A stretch of DNA of 64,000 nt from Acidimicrobiales bacterium. GTDB taxonomy: Bacteria > Actinomycetota > Acidimicrobiia > Acidimicrobiales > RAAP-2. How positions within the stretch are numbered: position 1 is the stretch's first letter; each line of letters opens with the position of its first letter. The DNA is taken from the NCBI GenBank assembly GCA_050010495.1, contig JBEKKW010000003.1, positions 13,051 through 77,050 on the forward strand, read 5' to 3'. The position numbers and the translations under genes were made by a program. The notes beneath the pieces are model-generated. The model saw nothing but the letters and a program-made list of their open reading frames with translations. It made no database searches and was not told the origin of the DNA. Below are positions 38,162 to 48,783 of the stretch, piece after piece.

Positions 38162-38629
38162 TCACGCCCATTGCGCGGTCCACTCCCCAGCGACCTGCCC
38201 CGTGACGATGTTCAGTCGATTCCAGAGGTTGATCGCGGCGATCGTCACGACGAGTGCCGCCAGTGCCGGTTCATCGAAGTACTTCGCCGCGTCGCTCCAT
38301 ACATCGTCAGGAACGGGGTTCGATCGGTCGCTGAGTCGGGTCGCGGCTTCGGTGAGGGCGAGGGCGGCGCGCTCCGCGTCGCTGAAGTATGGCGTATCCC
38401 TCCACGCCGCCAGGGTGAAGAGTCGCTCGTCACTGAGCCCGTTCTTCTTGGCGCCACGGGTGTGCATGTCGAGACAGACGCTGCATCCGTTGATCTGACT
38501 GGCCCTCAGAGCCACCAGTTCGCGAATTTCCTCGGACAGACCTTCAGCGTTGGACGCCGCCCCGAGCGCCTGGAGGGCGTCAAAGAGCCCCGGAATTGTT
38601 ATGGCGGGGTTTTGAATTCGTGCTTCCAT
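38162..38629 (-). CDS. Carboxymuconolactone decarboxylase / AhpD-like family protein
   Basis: CxxC motif in INGCSVCLDMH and a CMD-fold length of 155 aa. Confidence 0.85.
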   Translation of the reverse strand: MEARIQNPAITIPGLFDALQALGAASNAEGLSEEIRELVALRASQINGCSVCLDMHTRGAKKNGLSDERLFTLAAWRDTPYFSDAERAALALTEAATRLSDRSNPVPDDVWSDAAKYFDEPALAALVVTIAAINLWNRLNIVTGQVAGEWTAQWA

Positions 38630-38704
38630 GGTTGTCTCCTTGTCACATCGACGTAGGTTGGGGTGTCACTACGTATGACACCTGAAATCGGGGGAATGTG
38701 ACGC

Positions 38705-39589
38705 ATGGACGATCAGGACTGGCTGGCTCGCCAATTTGAGGACCACCGGGCCCACCTGCGCGCCGTGGCCTACCGAATGCTCGGCTCGTACGCCGAAGCC
38801 GAAGATGCCGTCCAGGACGCCTGGCTCCGAGTCAGCCGGTCCGGGGTCGACGGAGTGGAAAATCTTGGCGGATGGTTGACGACGGTGGTGTCGAGGGTGT
38901 GCCTTAACTGCCCGCGGGCCCGTAACGCGAAGCGAGAAGACGTGCTCGACGACGCCGCGCCGCTGACGAACCGCGACTTCAGACCCGGTCCCGAGGATGA
39001 GGCCGTGCTCGCGGATTCGGTCGGCCTCGCCCTGTTGGTGGTGCTCGACACGCTCAGCCCCCCCGAACGGCTTGCGTTTGTGCTGCACGACATGTTCGGT
39101 GTGCCGTTCGACGAGCTCGCGGCCATTGTGGATCGTTCTCCTGAGGCCACTCGACAGCTGGCCAGTCGCGCGCGGCGCCGTGTCCAAGGTCAGCCGGTCA
39201 GGTCGAGCACGGAGCTCGCGGGGCAGAGAGCGATCGTCGACGCCTTCCTCGCCGCCTCGCGAAACGGGGACTTCGAATCTCTCCTGAAGGTCCTCGATCC
39301 GGAGATCATCTTTCGCATCGACCCGGTGCTCGTGACGCCCGGCGAGCCTACGGAGATCCGTGGTGCGCGAACCGTGGCCTCGAACGCGCTCGCGTTCGCG
39401 AGTCGAACACGTGTCGCTCGCGTGGCGCTCGTGAACGGGGAGGTGGGGATGATCCTGGCGCCGAGGGGAACGCTTCGTACGGCCGGTCTGTTTGTCTTCG
39501 ATCTTGATCGGCGGGTGATCGTCGCCGTCGAACTGATCGCCGAGCCGCGAAGGCTTCGTGCCCTCGATGTTGCCGTCCTCGGCGACTGA
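38705..39589 (+). CDS. ECF sigma factor, SigJ-like (sigma-70 regions 2 and 4 plus a SnoaL-like C-terminal domain)
   Basis: Region 2 AEDAVQDAWLRV, region 4 ERLAFVLHDMFGVPFDELAAIVDRSPEATRQLASRARRRV, and a ~110-aa extension. Confidence 0.85.
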   Translation: MDDQDWLARQFEDHRAHLRAVAYRMLGSYAEAEDAVQDAWLRVSRSGVDGVENLGGWLTTVVSRVCLNCPRARNAKREDVLDDAAPLTNRDFRPGPEDEAVLADSVGLALLVVLDTLSPPERLAFVLHDMFGVPFDELAAIVDRSPEATRQLASRARRRVQGQPVRSSTELAGQRAIVDAFLAASRNGDFESLLKVLDPEIIFRIDPVLVTPGEPTEIRGARTVASNALAFASRTRVARVALVNGEVGMILAPRGTLRTAGLFVFDLDRRVIVAVELIAEPRRLRALDVAVLGD

Positions 39590-39693
39590 GCCTCAGGTCG
39601 AACCGGGCCCTGACTGAATCGAGCACCCGTTCACCACGTCGTTGCGGACTCGGGCTCGCTACCCGATGATCTGGCTCCAGAGGATGGGCAGGG

Positions 39694-40389
39694 GTGAAGT
39701 CCAATGAGAGGCCTGTTCGAGTCAAGTGGCTCACGACATGCCCGGAGGGCGTCAGGATCGGATTGCGGCGGATCGTGAGGGTCCCTCGGGTGACACCCCA
39801 TGGTCAACGGCCACTGGTCTTTGGTGAGAGAATTGCGGGCGTGCACGCCGTCGAACTCATCTTCGCGATTGGATGGGCGTTGTTCTGGCTCTATTGGCTG
39901 GTGGCAGCCTTCTCCATGAAAAGGGGCCACGTGACTTGGTCCCGTAATTTGCGCATCAGGGCGGTCTTGTTGATTGGTGTAATCGTCTTGTCTCGCGTGG
40001 GGGCGTTTCGAAACGGGGGAATCCACTCGGATCCGTGGCGCGCGGGCCTCGGGCTCCTGCTCTTCGGCCTGGGCTTGGCGTTCGCGATATGGGCCCGCGT
40101 CCACATTGGGCGCAACTGGGGCATGCCGATGTCACGAAAGGACGAACCGGAACTGGTGACCAGCGGCCCCTACCATCGGGTCCGCCACCCCATCTATTCG
40201 GGCATCTTGCTCGCGGGTGTCGGCACGGCGGTGGCGCTCAGTTGGCTGTGGCTCCTGGCTGTGGTCCTGACCGGAATCTATTTCGTCTACAGCGCCACGG
40301 TCGAGGAGCGCTACATGGGCGAACAGTTCCCCGATTCCTATCCGACGTACTGGCGCTCGACCAAGATGCTCGTGCCCTTCATCTTCTGA
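39694..40389 (+). CDS. Isoprenylcysteine carboxyl methyltransferase (ICMT)/phospholipid methyltransferase-family membrane protein
   Basis: LVTSGPYHRVRHPIYSGILLAGVG....E.RYMGEQFPDSYPTYW. Start is uncertain; GTG 39841 would remove an arginine-rich leader. Confidence 0.75.
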   Translation: MKSNERPVRVKWLTTCPEGVRIGLRRIVRVPRVTPHGQRPLVFGERIAGVHAVELIFAIGWALFWLYWLVAAFSMKRGHVTWSRNLRIRAVLLIGVIVLSRVGAFRNGGIHSDPWRAGLGLLLFGLGLAFAIWARVHIGRNWGMPMSRKDEPELVTSGPYHRVRHPIYSGILLAGVGTAVALSWLWLLAVVLTGIYFVYSATVEERYMGEQFPDSYPTYWRSTKMLVPFIF

Positions 40390-40510
40390 GTGCACGGCGT
40401 CTGACCCAACCAGCAACCACGGGGTCAGCCAGGGAGGTCATCAGACCGGTTTTTATGAGAATTGGCGGGCCGGTTACACTCACGGGGTCCCCCCAAGCGA
40501 AAGTGAGTAC

Positions 40511-41407
40511 GTGCCCTACGTAGTTCAAGGTCAGTCGCTCAGCAAACGCTACGGTGGCGTGCTCGCGGTCGACGACCTCACCTTCGCCATCGAGGCGGGA
40601 ACCATCACGGGCTTCCTCGGGCCCAACGGCGCGGGCAAATCTACGACGTTGAGGATGCTGCTCGGGCTCGCCAAGCCCACCAGCGGCCACGCCAAGGTCT
40701 TTGGAAGTCCCTACGACCAACTGGAAACGCCCGCGCTGCGCATCGGCGCCGTTCTCGAGGCGACCGATTTTCATCCCGGCCGATCAGGACGCGACCATCT
40801 TCGAACGCTCAGTCGGGCCGTCGGACTCCCCGACGCCAGGGTGGACGAAGTCCTCTCCCTCGTCGAGTTGCAGGATGCCTCGAGGCGCCGGGTGAAGGGG
40901 TATTCGCTCGGGATGCGCCAGCGCCTGGGCCTGGCCGCCGCGCTGCTCGGTAATCCGGACCTGCTGGTCCTGGACGAACCGGCCAACGGGCTGGATCCCG
41001 AAGGTGTGCGGTGGCTGCGCGACTTTCTTCGAGACTTTGCCTCCGGCGGGCGCACGGTGCTCATTTCGAGCCACGTCCTCGCCGAGGTCGCCCAGACGGT
41101 CGATCAAGTGCTGATCATCAATCACGGTCGGCTGGTCGCGGAATCCACGCTGGAAGAGTTGACCGCTCGCGTGGGTGCAGTCGTACGCGTGCAAAGTCCG
41201 GAGCTGGACCAACTGGCCGACGCGCTTCAGCGAGCAGGAATCGTCGCCACGAGGACCAATGACCACGCACTTCTGGCCCAGGGAACGACGAGAGAGCGTG
41301 TTGGCGACGTCGCCCATGCGGCGGGCCTCGCGATCTACGAACTCCTGACCGAAGGCTCGTCCTTGGAAGAGGTCTTCCTCGACTTGACGTCAGGGGAGGC
41401 ACCATAG
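40511..41407 (+). CDS. ABC-2-type transporter ATP-binding protein
   Basis: Motifs GPNGAGKSTT, YSLGMRQRLGLAAAL and LDEPANGLDP. GTG start. Confidence 0.9.
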   Translation: MPYVVQGQSLSKRYGGVLAVDDLTFAIEAGTITGFLGPNGAGKSTTLRMLLGLAKPTSGHAKVFGSPYDQLETPALRIGAVLEATDFHPGRSGRDHLRTLSRAVGLPDARVDEVLSLVELQDASRRRVKGYSLGMRQRLGLAAALLGNPDLLVLDEPANGLDPEGVRWLRDFLRDFASGGRTVLISSHVLAEVAQTVDQVLIINHGRLVAESTLEELTARVGAVVRVQSPELDQLADALQRAGIVATRTNDHALLAQGTTRERVGDVAHAAGLAIYELLTEGSSLEEVFLDLTSGEAP

Positions 41408-42138
41408 TGAATCAGTTGCGAGCCGAGCTCCTCAAGATTCGTTCGACGCGCACGACCATCGGCCTCCTGGTCGGACTCATCGCCCTGGCGCTGCTCTTTA
41501 CGATCTTGACGTGCACGCTCACGCCGGTGTCCCAGTTGACCACCGAGCAGGATCAGATAAGCCTGCTGAGCTTCGGTAGCATCGCGGGCGTCTTCGCGGC
41601 TCTCGCAGGGATCATGCTGTTCACCAGTGAGTACCGATTCGGGACGATTCGCCCGACGTCGTTGTTCAACCCGAATCGAAATCGGCTCTTTACTTCGAAG
41701 ATCACCGCGGGCGTCCTCTCCGGTCTGGTCTTTGGCGTCATCGGTGAGGGTCTGGTCTTTTCGATCGGCTTGATGATCTTGAAGATTCGAGGGATTCCCA
41801 CCCTGATGACCGGGGCCAACATGACCGAATTGATCGTCGGCGCCATCATCGGGACCGCGCTTTGGGGCGCAATTGGCGTCGCCGTGGGGGCGATCGTCCC
41901 CAATCAAGTGGGTGCGGTGATCTCTCTGCTGGCGTGGGGCTTCGTCGTCGAGAACTTGGTCTTCGGGTTTCTGCCCAAGGTCGGGCGCTTCTTGCCCGTG
42001 CACGCGTCCGATTCGATGATGGGCCCCGTTGAAAACAAATTGCTGTCAGGTGTGGCGGGCACCGCCGCCGTCGTCGCGTGGGCCCTAGTTCTCGCCATCG
42101 CCGGCCTAGCCCTGCTGAAGAGGCGCGACGTCAGTTAG
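41407..42138 (+). CDS. ABC-2-type transporter permease
   Basis: N-terminus LRAELLKIRSTRTT and six hydrophobic segments. Start overlaps the ATPase stop (TAGTG). Confidence 0.75.
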   Translation: MNQLRAELLKIRSTRTTIGLLVGLIALALLFTILTCTLTPVSQLTTEQDQISLLSFGSIAGVFAALAGIMLFTSEYRFGTIRPTSLFNPNRNRLFTSKITAGVLSGLVFGVIGEGLVFSIGLMILKIRGIPTLMTGANMTELIVGAIIGTALWGAIGVAVGAIVPNQVGAVISLLAWGFVVENLVFGFLPKVGRFLPVHASDSMMGPVENKLLSGVAGTAAVVAWALVLAIAGLALLKRRDVS

Positions 42139-42317
42139 GTCGTGAAACCGACCGACGGTGACGGGCGAGGGTGACACCGGATTCGAGCTCGGATACCGTG
42201 ACCGGGCCCACACCGTACTGGCGCATGATGCGTTGGCTCGAGCATGCGCTCCACGGCGAACCCGTGACGCGTGTGATCGGTCCCGGCGAACGGCCCCGGC
42301 TCTTTCAGATGCACCAA

Positions 42318-42986
42318 CTAGTCAGGTGATCGTGGACCTTGCGGGTGGACAGTCTCGCCCCGGGCCAGCATCTCCACAAACTGTTCGATGCGTTTCGCTC
42401 GGGTCTCGCTCTTCTTGGCGCTTGCGATTCGATAGAGGATGGAGTACCTGTTCGCACTGGAGAGAGTGTGAAACGTCGCGCGAGCTCGGGGATTGGCGGC
42501 TAGGGCGTTGGCCAGGTCCTCTGGAACTGTCATGCTGGCCTGTCCGGCGTAGGCGGAATCCCATCGCCCATCGGCTTTTGCCCGGCGCACCTCGTCCTCC
42601 CCTGATCGATGCATTCGGCCCGAGGCGTTCAACCTTTCTGCGATGGTGACGTTGCGTTGAGACCAAGGGCTCCGAGCGCTTCTGGGCGTGAATCGCCTCC
42701 GGAAGGTTGCGCCGTCGCGACGCTCGAGCCGCCCATCGATCCAACCGAAGCAGATCGCCTCGTCGAGTGCGTCGACGTAGGAGAGGGCCGTTGGGTGTGT
42801 GGTGCCCTTCTTGGCCAGGACGAGCCACACTCCTTGTGACGTGGAATGGTTCCCCTTCAACCAGGTCCGCCACTTCGCAGCATCGGCGACCAACAGCTCT
42901 GGAAGCTCCACGACGTCACGGTACCCCAGCAGTCTTGTGTGAGGCAGGTTAGCCAGCGGCCAAGACGGTCCCGTGTGCCGGTGCAC
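42318..42986 (-). CDS. YdeI/OmpD-associated family protein
   Basis: WRTWLKGNH....GVWLVLAKKG....LSYVDALDEAICFGWIDG....SANRYSILYRIASAKK.ETRAKRI. The start may be GTG 42911. Confidence 0.7.
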   Translation of the reverse strand: MHRHTGPSWPLANLPHTRLLGYRDVVELPELLVADAAKWRTWLKGNHSTSQGVWLVLAKKGTTHPTALSYVDALDEAICFGWIDGRLERRDGATFRRRFTPRSARSPWSQRNVTIAERLNASGRMHRSGEDEVRRAKADGRWDSAYAGQASMTVPEDLANALAANPRARATFHTLSSANRYSILYRIASAKKSETRAKRIEQFVEMLARGETVHPQGPRSPD

Positions 42987-43103
42987 ACATGGCGGGCGAC
43001 CTCACAGCCGTCCGCAGTCAAATCCCTTCGGGTCGCCAGGGCATCGCACCGCGCGGCTTTGGGACAGACTCTGGCGATGGTCCCCAAGTGCGACGAATGC
43101 CGT

Positions 43104-43613
43104 TCAAGACTTGATAGTGAAGATCAACCCAAAATGCTTGGAGTTCTCTCCCTTTACGACCTCGAGGGTGAGTTCGTAGAAGCCCGTGCCCGCACTGGGG
43201 GGAACGTGAAGCAGCGACACTGGTTTCTCAGGCTTTTGATCTGAGACGTGCAGCGAGGGTGCAGAAAAAATCGTTCGCCCCACATCCTTTTGGGAACTCG
43301 CAAGCGCTTTCTTGGCGGCTGCGATGGATGGGAACGGACCGGAGGCGTTCGCCGAGAGAACGACCGTCACCGCGGCTGCTGCGCTGGAGCGCAGCGCGGT
43401 GCTGATCCAATCGACGTGGAGGGTCTCGCCAGGGTGGTAGTTGACGGTACCGAAGCCGCCGCTACAGCACGAGAAGCCATAGATCTCCTTCAGGCCCGAC
43501 GCGGACCCTACCGACGGGGTGAAGATGCCTATTAGAGCGAGATTAGCCACGAGAACCGCGCTCAGCGTCATCACGCGGAAACCTCGCACACTTCGACGGG
43601 TCGTCCTGGGCAT
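43104..43613 (-). CDS. Secreted hypothetical protein (169 aa)
   Basis: Start at ATG 43613 after AAGGAGG. Arginine-rich n-region plus hydrophobic core (MPRTTRRSVRGFRVMTLSAVLVANLALIG). No recognisable family. Confidence 0.55.
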   Translation of the reverse strand: MPRTTRRSVRGFRVMTLSAVLVANLALIGIFTPSVGSASGLKEIYGFSCCSGGFGTVNYHPGETLHVDWISTALRSSAAAAVTVVLSANASGPFPSIAAAKKALASSQKDVGRTIFSAPSLHVSDQKPEKPVSLLHVPPSAGTGFYELTLEVVKGENSKHFGLIFTIKS

Positions 43614-43875
43614 TGAGACCTCCTTGATGCAGAAGCGTAGACGAACGAAGTGGTCCGAATTGGAGCGGTCTAGATTCGCAAGATTGATGAAAATGAAGTG
43701 ACAAAGTGAGGCCGGTGGAGTCCTTTTAGTCCTCAAGACGTCCGGTCATCTTCAGTTTCAGATCGCTGCGGTTCGCGTGCGGGTTCGCGTTTGTTTTCCA
43801 GTGTCAGGTGTCTCTCGATTGGGTTCCAAAAAGAAAAGAATCGAGAATTGATTGATGCTCCGAGCGGCAAGCGGC

Positions 43876-44796
43876 TCAAGTAGTGGAGTTGACGACCGAG
43901 ATGCTAATCAACGCGTTGCCGTCATAGGGAGCGTTCAGACTGGCTGCGCCCTGTGGCCACGTTCGGACACCGAGCAAGTCGTACGTCGTAGAATTGAAGA
44001 TGAGGGCTCCGGACCCTCCCGCAAAGGTCCATTCGACTCCTACCCCCATCCGTCCGATCGCGTCGGCCATGGCGGGCACGATAGTGAAACCCGGCGTTGC
44101 GGCCATGAGGTTGAATAGCGCCGCACGTTGTGCTGGCAACAGGTAGGCGGTCTCTAACAGGTACATCACACCCTTCGCGAGATCGTTCGCCGCGTCGCCG
44201 GGTGAGCTTGTGTCGGCGAATCCGGATGAGTCCACGAACCCGATTGTGTTCAGATACGCCAGCAGGGAACTGGGATTGGTCGGCATGGTCGGAAAGTAAC
44301 CCACTTCAGGTAGACAGGATCCTGCTTGGGCCAATGTGCACGGGGTCAACGAATTACCGCCGGTTGCGGGAACCTCTCCTGCTATCCCCGAGATCCACTC
44401 GGTACGTCCCGGATTGGCACCGTTGACCGAGATCCACGTCTTGACCAGGGTGCCGTTCGGATCTTCGTTCACGGAGTACACGTACTGGTTGGGCTGGGGA
44501 ATGATGGCGCTCTGATCGCTGGCGGTGGCCTTTGACAACACCGTCGTTGCGGCCCTCCTCAAGAACTGGGCGGCTGATGCTGAAGGAGTCTTGTTCAGCG
44601 TGCCCGGGAGTACCTGGAGTAATACCGCGGCGACCACCGCAGCGGCAACACTCGATATGGCGACAGTCCGGTAGCGGCGTCGACGTGGTGAACTCGTGGT
44701 CACGGATCTGGTCATCTCGGCCTGTATGGCGAGGAGTTCATCGAGCAAGCGGCCCTCGAATGATCCCCTGGCGTTTGATGCGGTGAGCGTATTCAT
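43876..44796 (-). CDS. Membrane-anchored protein partnered with the ECF sigma factor (putative anti-sigma / CU044_5270-like)
   Basis: Overlaps the sigma gene stop. Short cytoplasmic N-segment, one TM (VAISSVAAAVVAAVLLQVL) and a ~230-aa extracytoplasmic domain. Confidence 0.6.
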   Translation of the reverse strand: MNTLTASNARGSFEGRLLDELLAIQAEMTRSVTTSSPRRRRYRTVAISSVAAAVVAAVLLQVLPGTLNKTPSASAAQFLRRAATTVLSKATASDQSAIIPQPNQYVYSVNEDPNGTLVKTWISVNGANPGRTEWISGIAGEVPATGGNSLTPCTLAQAGSCLPEVGYFPTMPTNPSSLLAYLNTIGFVDSSGFADTSSPGDAANDLAKGVMYLLETAYLLPAQRAALFNLMAATPGFTIVPAMADAIGRMGVGVEWTFAGGSGALIFNSTTYDLLGVRTWPQGAASLNAPYDGNALISISVVNSTT

Positions 44797-45401
44797 GATT
44801 CCTCCGGTGGTGACGAGTTGCTTCGGGCAGGATTTGGTGTCATTGATTCGGTGTCGTCATTGAAAACGCGGCCGCGCAGGCGCTCCAAGCGCTTGCGCCC
44901 CGTGGCGGCGCTGATCCCTAGTGAGCGAGAAGCCTCGGCGACATTGGCGTCATTGGTGATCATCGAGTGGAGAAGCCGACGTTCGCCAGTCGGTGCACTA
45001 CGCAACGCATGCTCGAGTTGCGAGACGGCTCGCTCAGCATCGATGAGTTCGGCGAGCCGATCGGAGTCATCTTGAGAAAGCAGTGCACTGCCCCGAATTC
45101 GAAGAAGTAGACCCTCGCGCTTGCCTTGTGACCGTCCTTGCCCCCGGGCCTCGTTGATGGCAATAGAGAAGAGCCATGCCCTCGGTGAGCCGAGGTCTGA
45201 ATTGAACGTCCTGGCCGACATCAGTACCGCCAAGAAGGTGGCCGATACCGCGTCGGCCAGATCTTCCGGGGTCCGGCACCGACTCGCAAGGAGCCTCGTG
45301 ACTTCTGCCAGGTGGCGACGGTAGAAGGCCTCTAATGCTGATGGGCTCGATTCTAAATTCTGAAGCAACTCGATATCGTCGGACTGCTCTGAGTAGCTCA
45401 T
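44793..45401 (-). CDS. ECF-type RNA polymerase sigma factor
   Basis: Region 2 (FYRRHL.....DLADAVSATFL....F......PRAWLFSIA.NEAR) and region 4 (ERRLLHSMI....NVAEASRSLGISAATGRKRLERLR). Start at ATG 45401. Confidence 0.85.
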   Translation of the reverse strand: MSYSEQSDDIELLQNLESSPSALEAFYRRHLAEVTRLLASRCRTPEDLADAVSATFLAVLMSARTFNSDLGSPRAWLFSIAINEARGQGRSQGKREGLLLRIRGSALLSQDDSDRLAELIDAERAVSQLEHALRSAPTGERRLLHSMITNDANVAEASRSLGISAATGRKRLERLRGRVFNDDTESMTPNPARSNSSPPEES

Positions 45402-45605
45402 ACCTACTTCTAGTTCATTGGCGTGAAAAGCGTGACACGAAGACGCCCGGAGAAGCAGCCCTGTCGACCTGCCGGCAAGCCTAGATAGGAGATACTGTTC
45501 GCCGTCAAATCCCGCGGAAAACGCTGGCGTCGTGCTAGTGATACCGGCTGGCATCGCGATCATCGCATTGCTCTACCGAAACTTCTATGGCAGAGGGGCG
45601 TGCCG

Positions 45606-45621
45606 AAGTTGACGTCAACTT
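45606..45621. promoter_or_regulatory. Perfect 16-bp palindrome upstream of the ECF sigma operon
   Basis: AAGTTGAC/GTCAACTT, about 205 nt upstream of ATG 45401 on the minus strand. Confidence 0.3.
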
Positions 45622-45844
45622 ACGGGGACTGACCTCGGCGAGAGCGGGACTCACTGTGACTGTGAAGGCGGCGGAAACGACCGATTGGCGTCGTCGGGTG
45701 ACGCGTCTCGCAAGTCGACATTACGGTTCGGAACATGTTTCGCGCCAGGTGTTCTGCTCGCAGTTTACGAAGTTTTCCTGCTCGTATTCGAAAGTACGAC
45801 GACCGTTGGAACTCACGAACACTTAAACGAACAATTAAAAAATT

Positions 45845-45900
45845 TGGAGTAGTGGGCCGCCCGGGTCTCGATCCCGGCACCTTGGGATTAAAAGGCCACC
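45845..45900 (-). other. tRNA-like 3' fragment (T-arm plus acceptor strand); possible att-site remnant
   Basis: The minus strand reads CCGGG-ATCGAGA-CCCGG-GCGGCCC-A: a 5-bp stem, a 7-nt loop keeping T55 C56 G57 A58, then 7 nt plus a discriminator. No matching 5' acceptor strand, D-arm or anticodon arm is present. Confidence 0.25.
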
Positions 45901-46009
45901 GAATTCATTATTCTCTATTCATTAGATTCAGAGAACCCCACATTCATAGAGTTTTGCGTTCAGTGTGTTCAGTGCGTTCAGTGGCTATCGAGAAATGTTA
46001 GGGATGAAA

Positions 46010-46252
46010 TTAGGGATTTTTTCTACCCGATTCTGGCGTCCGCGATTCAACAACGGCCAGAGCGTGACCAGGGGATTTATTTATCCGCCGCAGTAAGAAA
46101 TCGCCTGGCGCAACATTACGCTCGATGAACTTCGAGCGATGCGTTCCCGATCCCGTGATGTTGGCGCCCTTAATGGCTGATCTCGACACGCCAATGGACG
46201 AGCACAGAATTAAAATAAGCTTTGTATCAATTGTCTTCGGCTCACACGACAA
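46010..46252 (-). CDS. Possible excisionase/AlpA-like HTH remnant in an AT-rich segment
   Basis: 80-aa ORF with the pattern LCSSIGVSRSAIKG....RSKFIERNVAPGDFLLRRI. Weak similarity only. Confidence 0.2.
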   Translation of the reverse strand: MSCEPKTIDTKLILILCSSIGVSRSAIKGANITGSGTHRSKFIERNVAPGDFLLRRINKSPGHALAVVESRTPESGRKNP

Positions 46253-46282
46253 GAAGAGAACTCTTAAATATTGACCTTGTGC

Positions 46283-47270
46283 AACTGACGAACACCGATC
46301 ACACTCGGTTCGTCACTTTCTGTTTTAGTCGTTCGTAGGGGGTCTGTCCACCGAGTCCTCCGTGGGGGCGATTGAAATTATAGAAGTCTTCCCATTCGCG
46401 GAGCTTCTCGTTGAAAAGTCCAGTGTCGTCAATCACGACTCCTTCGAGCTGGCGATAGAACTCCTCGTTGTCGATGCGATGACTTCTCTCGACCTTCCCG
46501 TTTAGTCGCGGCGTCGCCGGCTTGATGTAAACGTGGCCGATGCCCTTGTCGAGCACGTGGTAGTGGAAGGCGCCTCGGAACTCGGCCCCGTTATCAGTCT
46601 GGATCACCTCGACCTTGAAGGGCAGTCGCTCCAAGAAGTAGTCCAGGAACTGGATCGCGGTCTTCTGGTCGTTCTTTGGGTAGATGCGAAGGACCCGGAT
46701 CCTCGTGCAGTCGTCGATGGCCGTGTATTGGTAGTGACGCTTCTTAAGGCCCGCAATGGGCTCAATGAACTTGACGTCGACCTGGACCCGGTGGCCCGGC
46801 AGGGGCTTCTCGTAGCGCTTCCAGCGCTTGGCGTGGCGCTGGTAGCGCTGGGAGGTGGGCAGGCGGCTCATGTCGAGCTTCTTCAATATCCGCCAGACTC
46901 CGGACGGGCTGATGTCGACGTCGTGGTAGCGCTTCAAGTACATCGAGATCTTCTGGGGCCCTTGGTGATAGTGCGTGCGCAGGTAGATGATCTTGCCCAC
47001 GACCTCGCTTTGCGTGGCGTTGGGCGAGGTCAGTGGGCGGCGCGATCGCTCTCTCAGCCCCTCCTCGCCCTCTTCTTCGTAGCGACGCAGCCACCCGTAA
47101 AAGCACTGTCGGCTTATGCCGAAGTAGCGGCAGGTCGCCGACACATTTCCCGTCACTTCGTCCACGTGACGGATCACCGCTAATCGGTGATTCATCACGC
47201 GCTGCTGTTCCTTCTCGGTCATGGATTCCTCCTCTTGAGGAACCTAGAGTGTCACCGATGTCCGTCAGTT
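46283..47270 (-). mobile_element. IS481-family insertion sequence
   Basis: 24-nt terminal inverted repeats: AACTGACGAACACCGATCACACTC (46283-46306) and the reverse complement of 47247-47270, AACTGACGGACATCGGTGACACTC (20 of 24 match). They bracket a single DDE transposase gene. No flanking direct repeat was found. Confidence 0.85.
46299..47222 (-). CDS. IS481-family DDE transposase
   Basis: N-terminal HTH (CRYFGISRQCFYGWLRRY) and an rve-type core: VQVDVKF, YQYTAIDDCTR, IQTDNGAEF, NGKVERSHR. Confidence 0.9.
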   Translation of the reverse strand: MTEKEQQRVMNHRLAVIRHVDEVTGNVSATCRYFGISRQCFYGWLRRYEEEGEEGLRERSRRPLTSPNATQSEVVGKIIYLRTHYHQGPQKISMYLKRYHDVDISPSGVWRILKKLDMSRLPTSQRYQRHAKRWKRYEKPLPGHRVQVDVKFIEPIAGLKKRHYQYTAIDDCTRIRVLRIYPKNDQKTAIQFLDYFLERLPFKVEVIQTDNGAEFRGAFHYHVLDKGIGHVYIKPATPRLNGKVERSHRIDNEEFYRQLEGVVIDDTGLFNEKLREWEDFYNFNRPHGGLGGQTPYERLKQKVTNRV

Positions 47271-47289
47271 TTAGACTCTCGGTGGCGAC

Positions 47290-48774
<1,485 letters not shown>

Positions 48775-48783
48775 GGAGACCTG

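Noticed and set aside
43813-43846. The inverted repeat TCTCGATT-N18-AATCGAGA downstream of the anti-sigma-like gene, as a terminator.
   Set aside because: The 18-nt loop is long and no U-tract follows the stem on the minus strand. This is too weak to call.
45845-45925. An intact tRNA gene.
   Set aside because: Only a T-arm and a 3' acceptor-like strand can be drawn. There is no complementary 5' acceptor strand, D-arm or 7-nt anticodon loop, and no CCA context.
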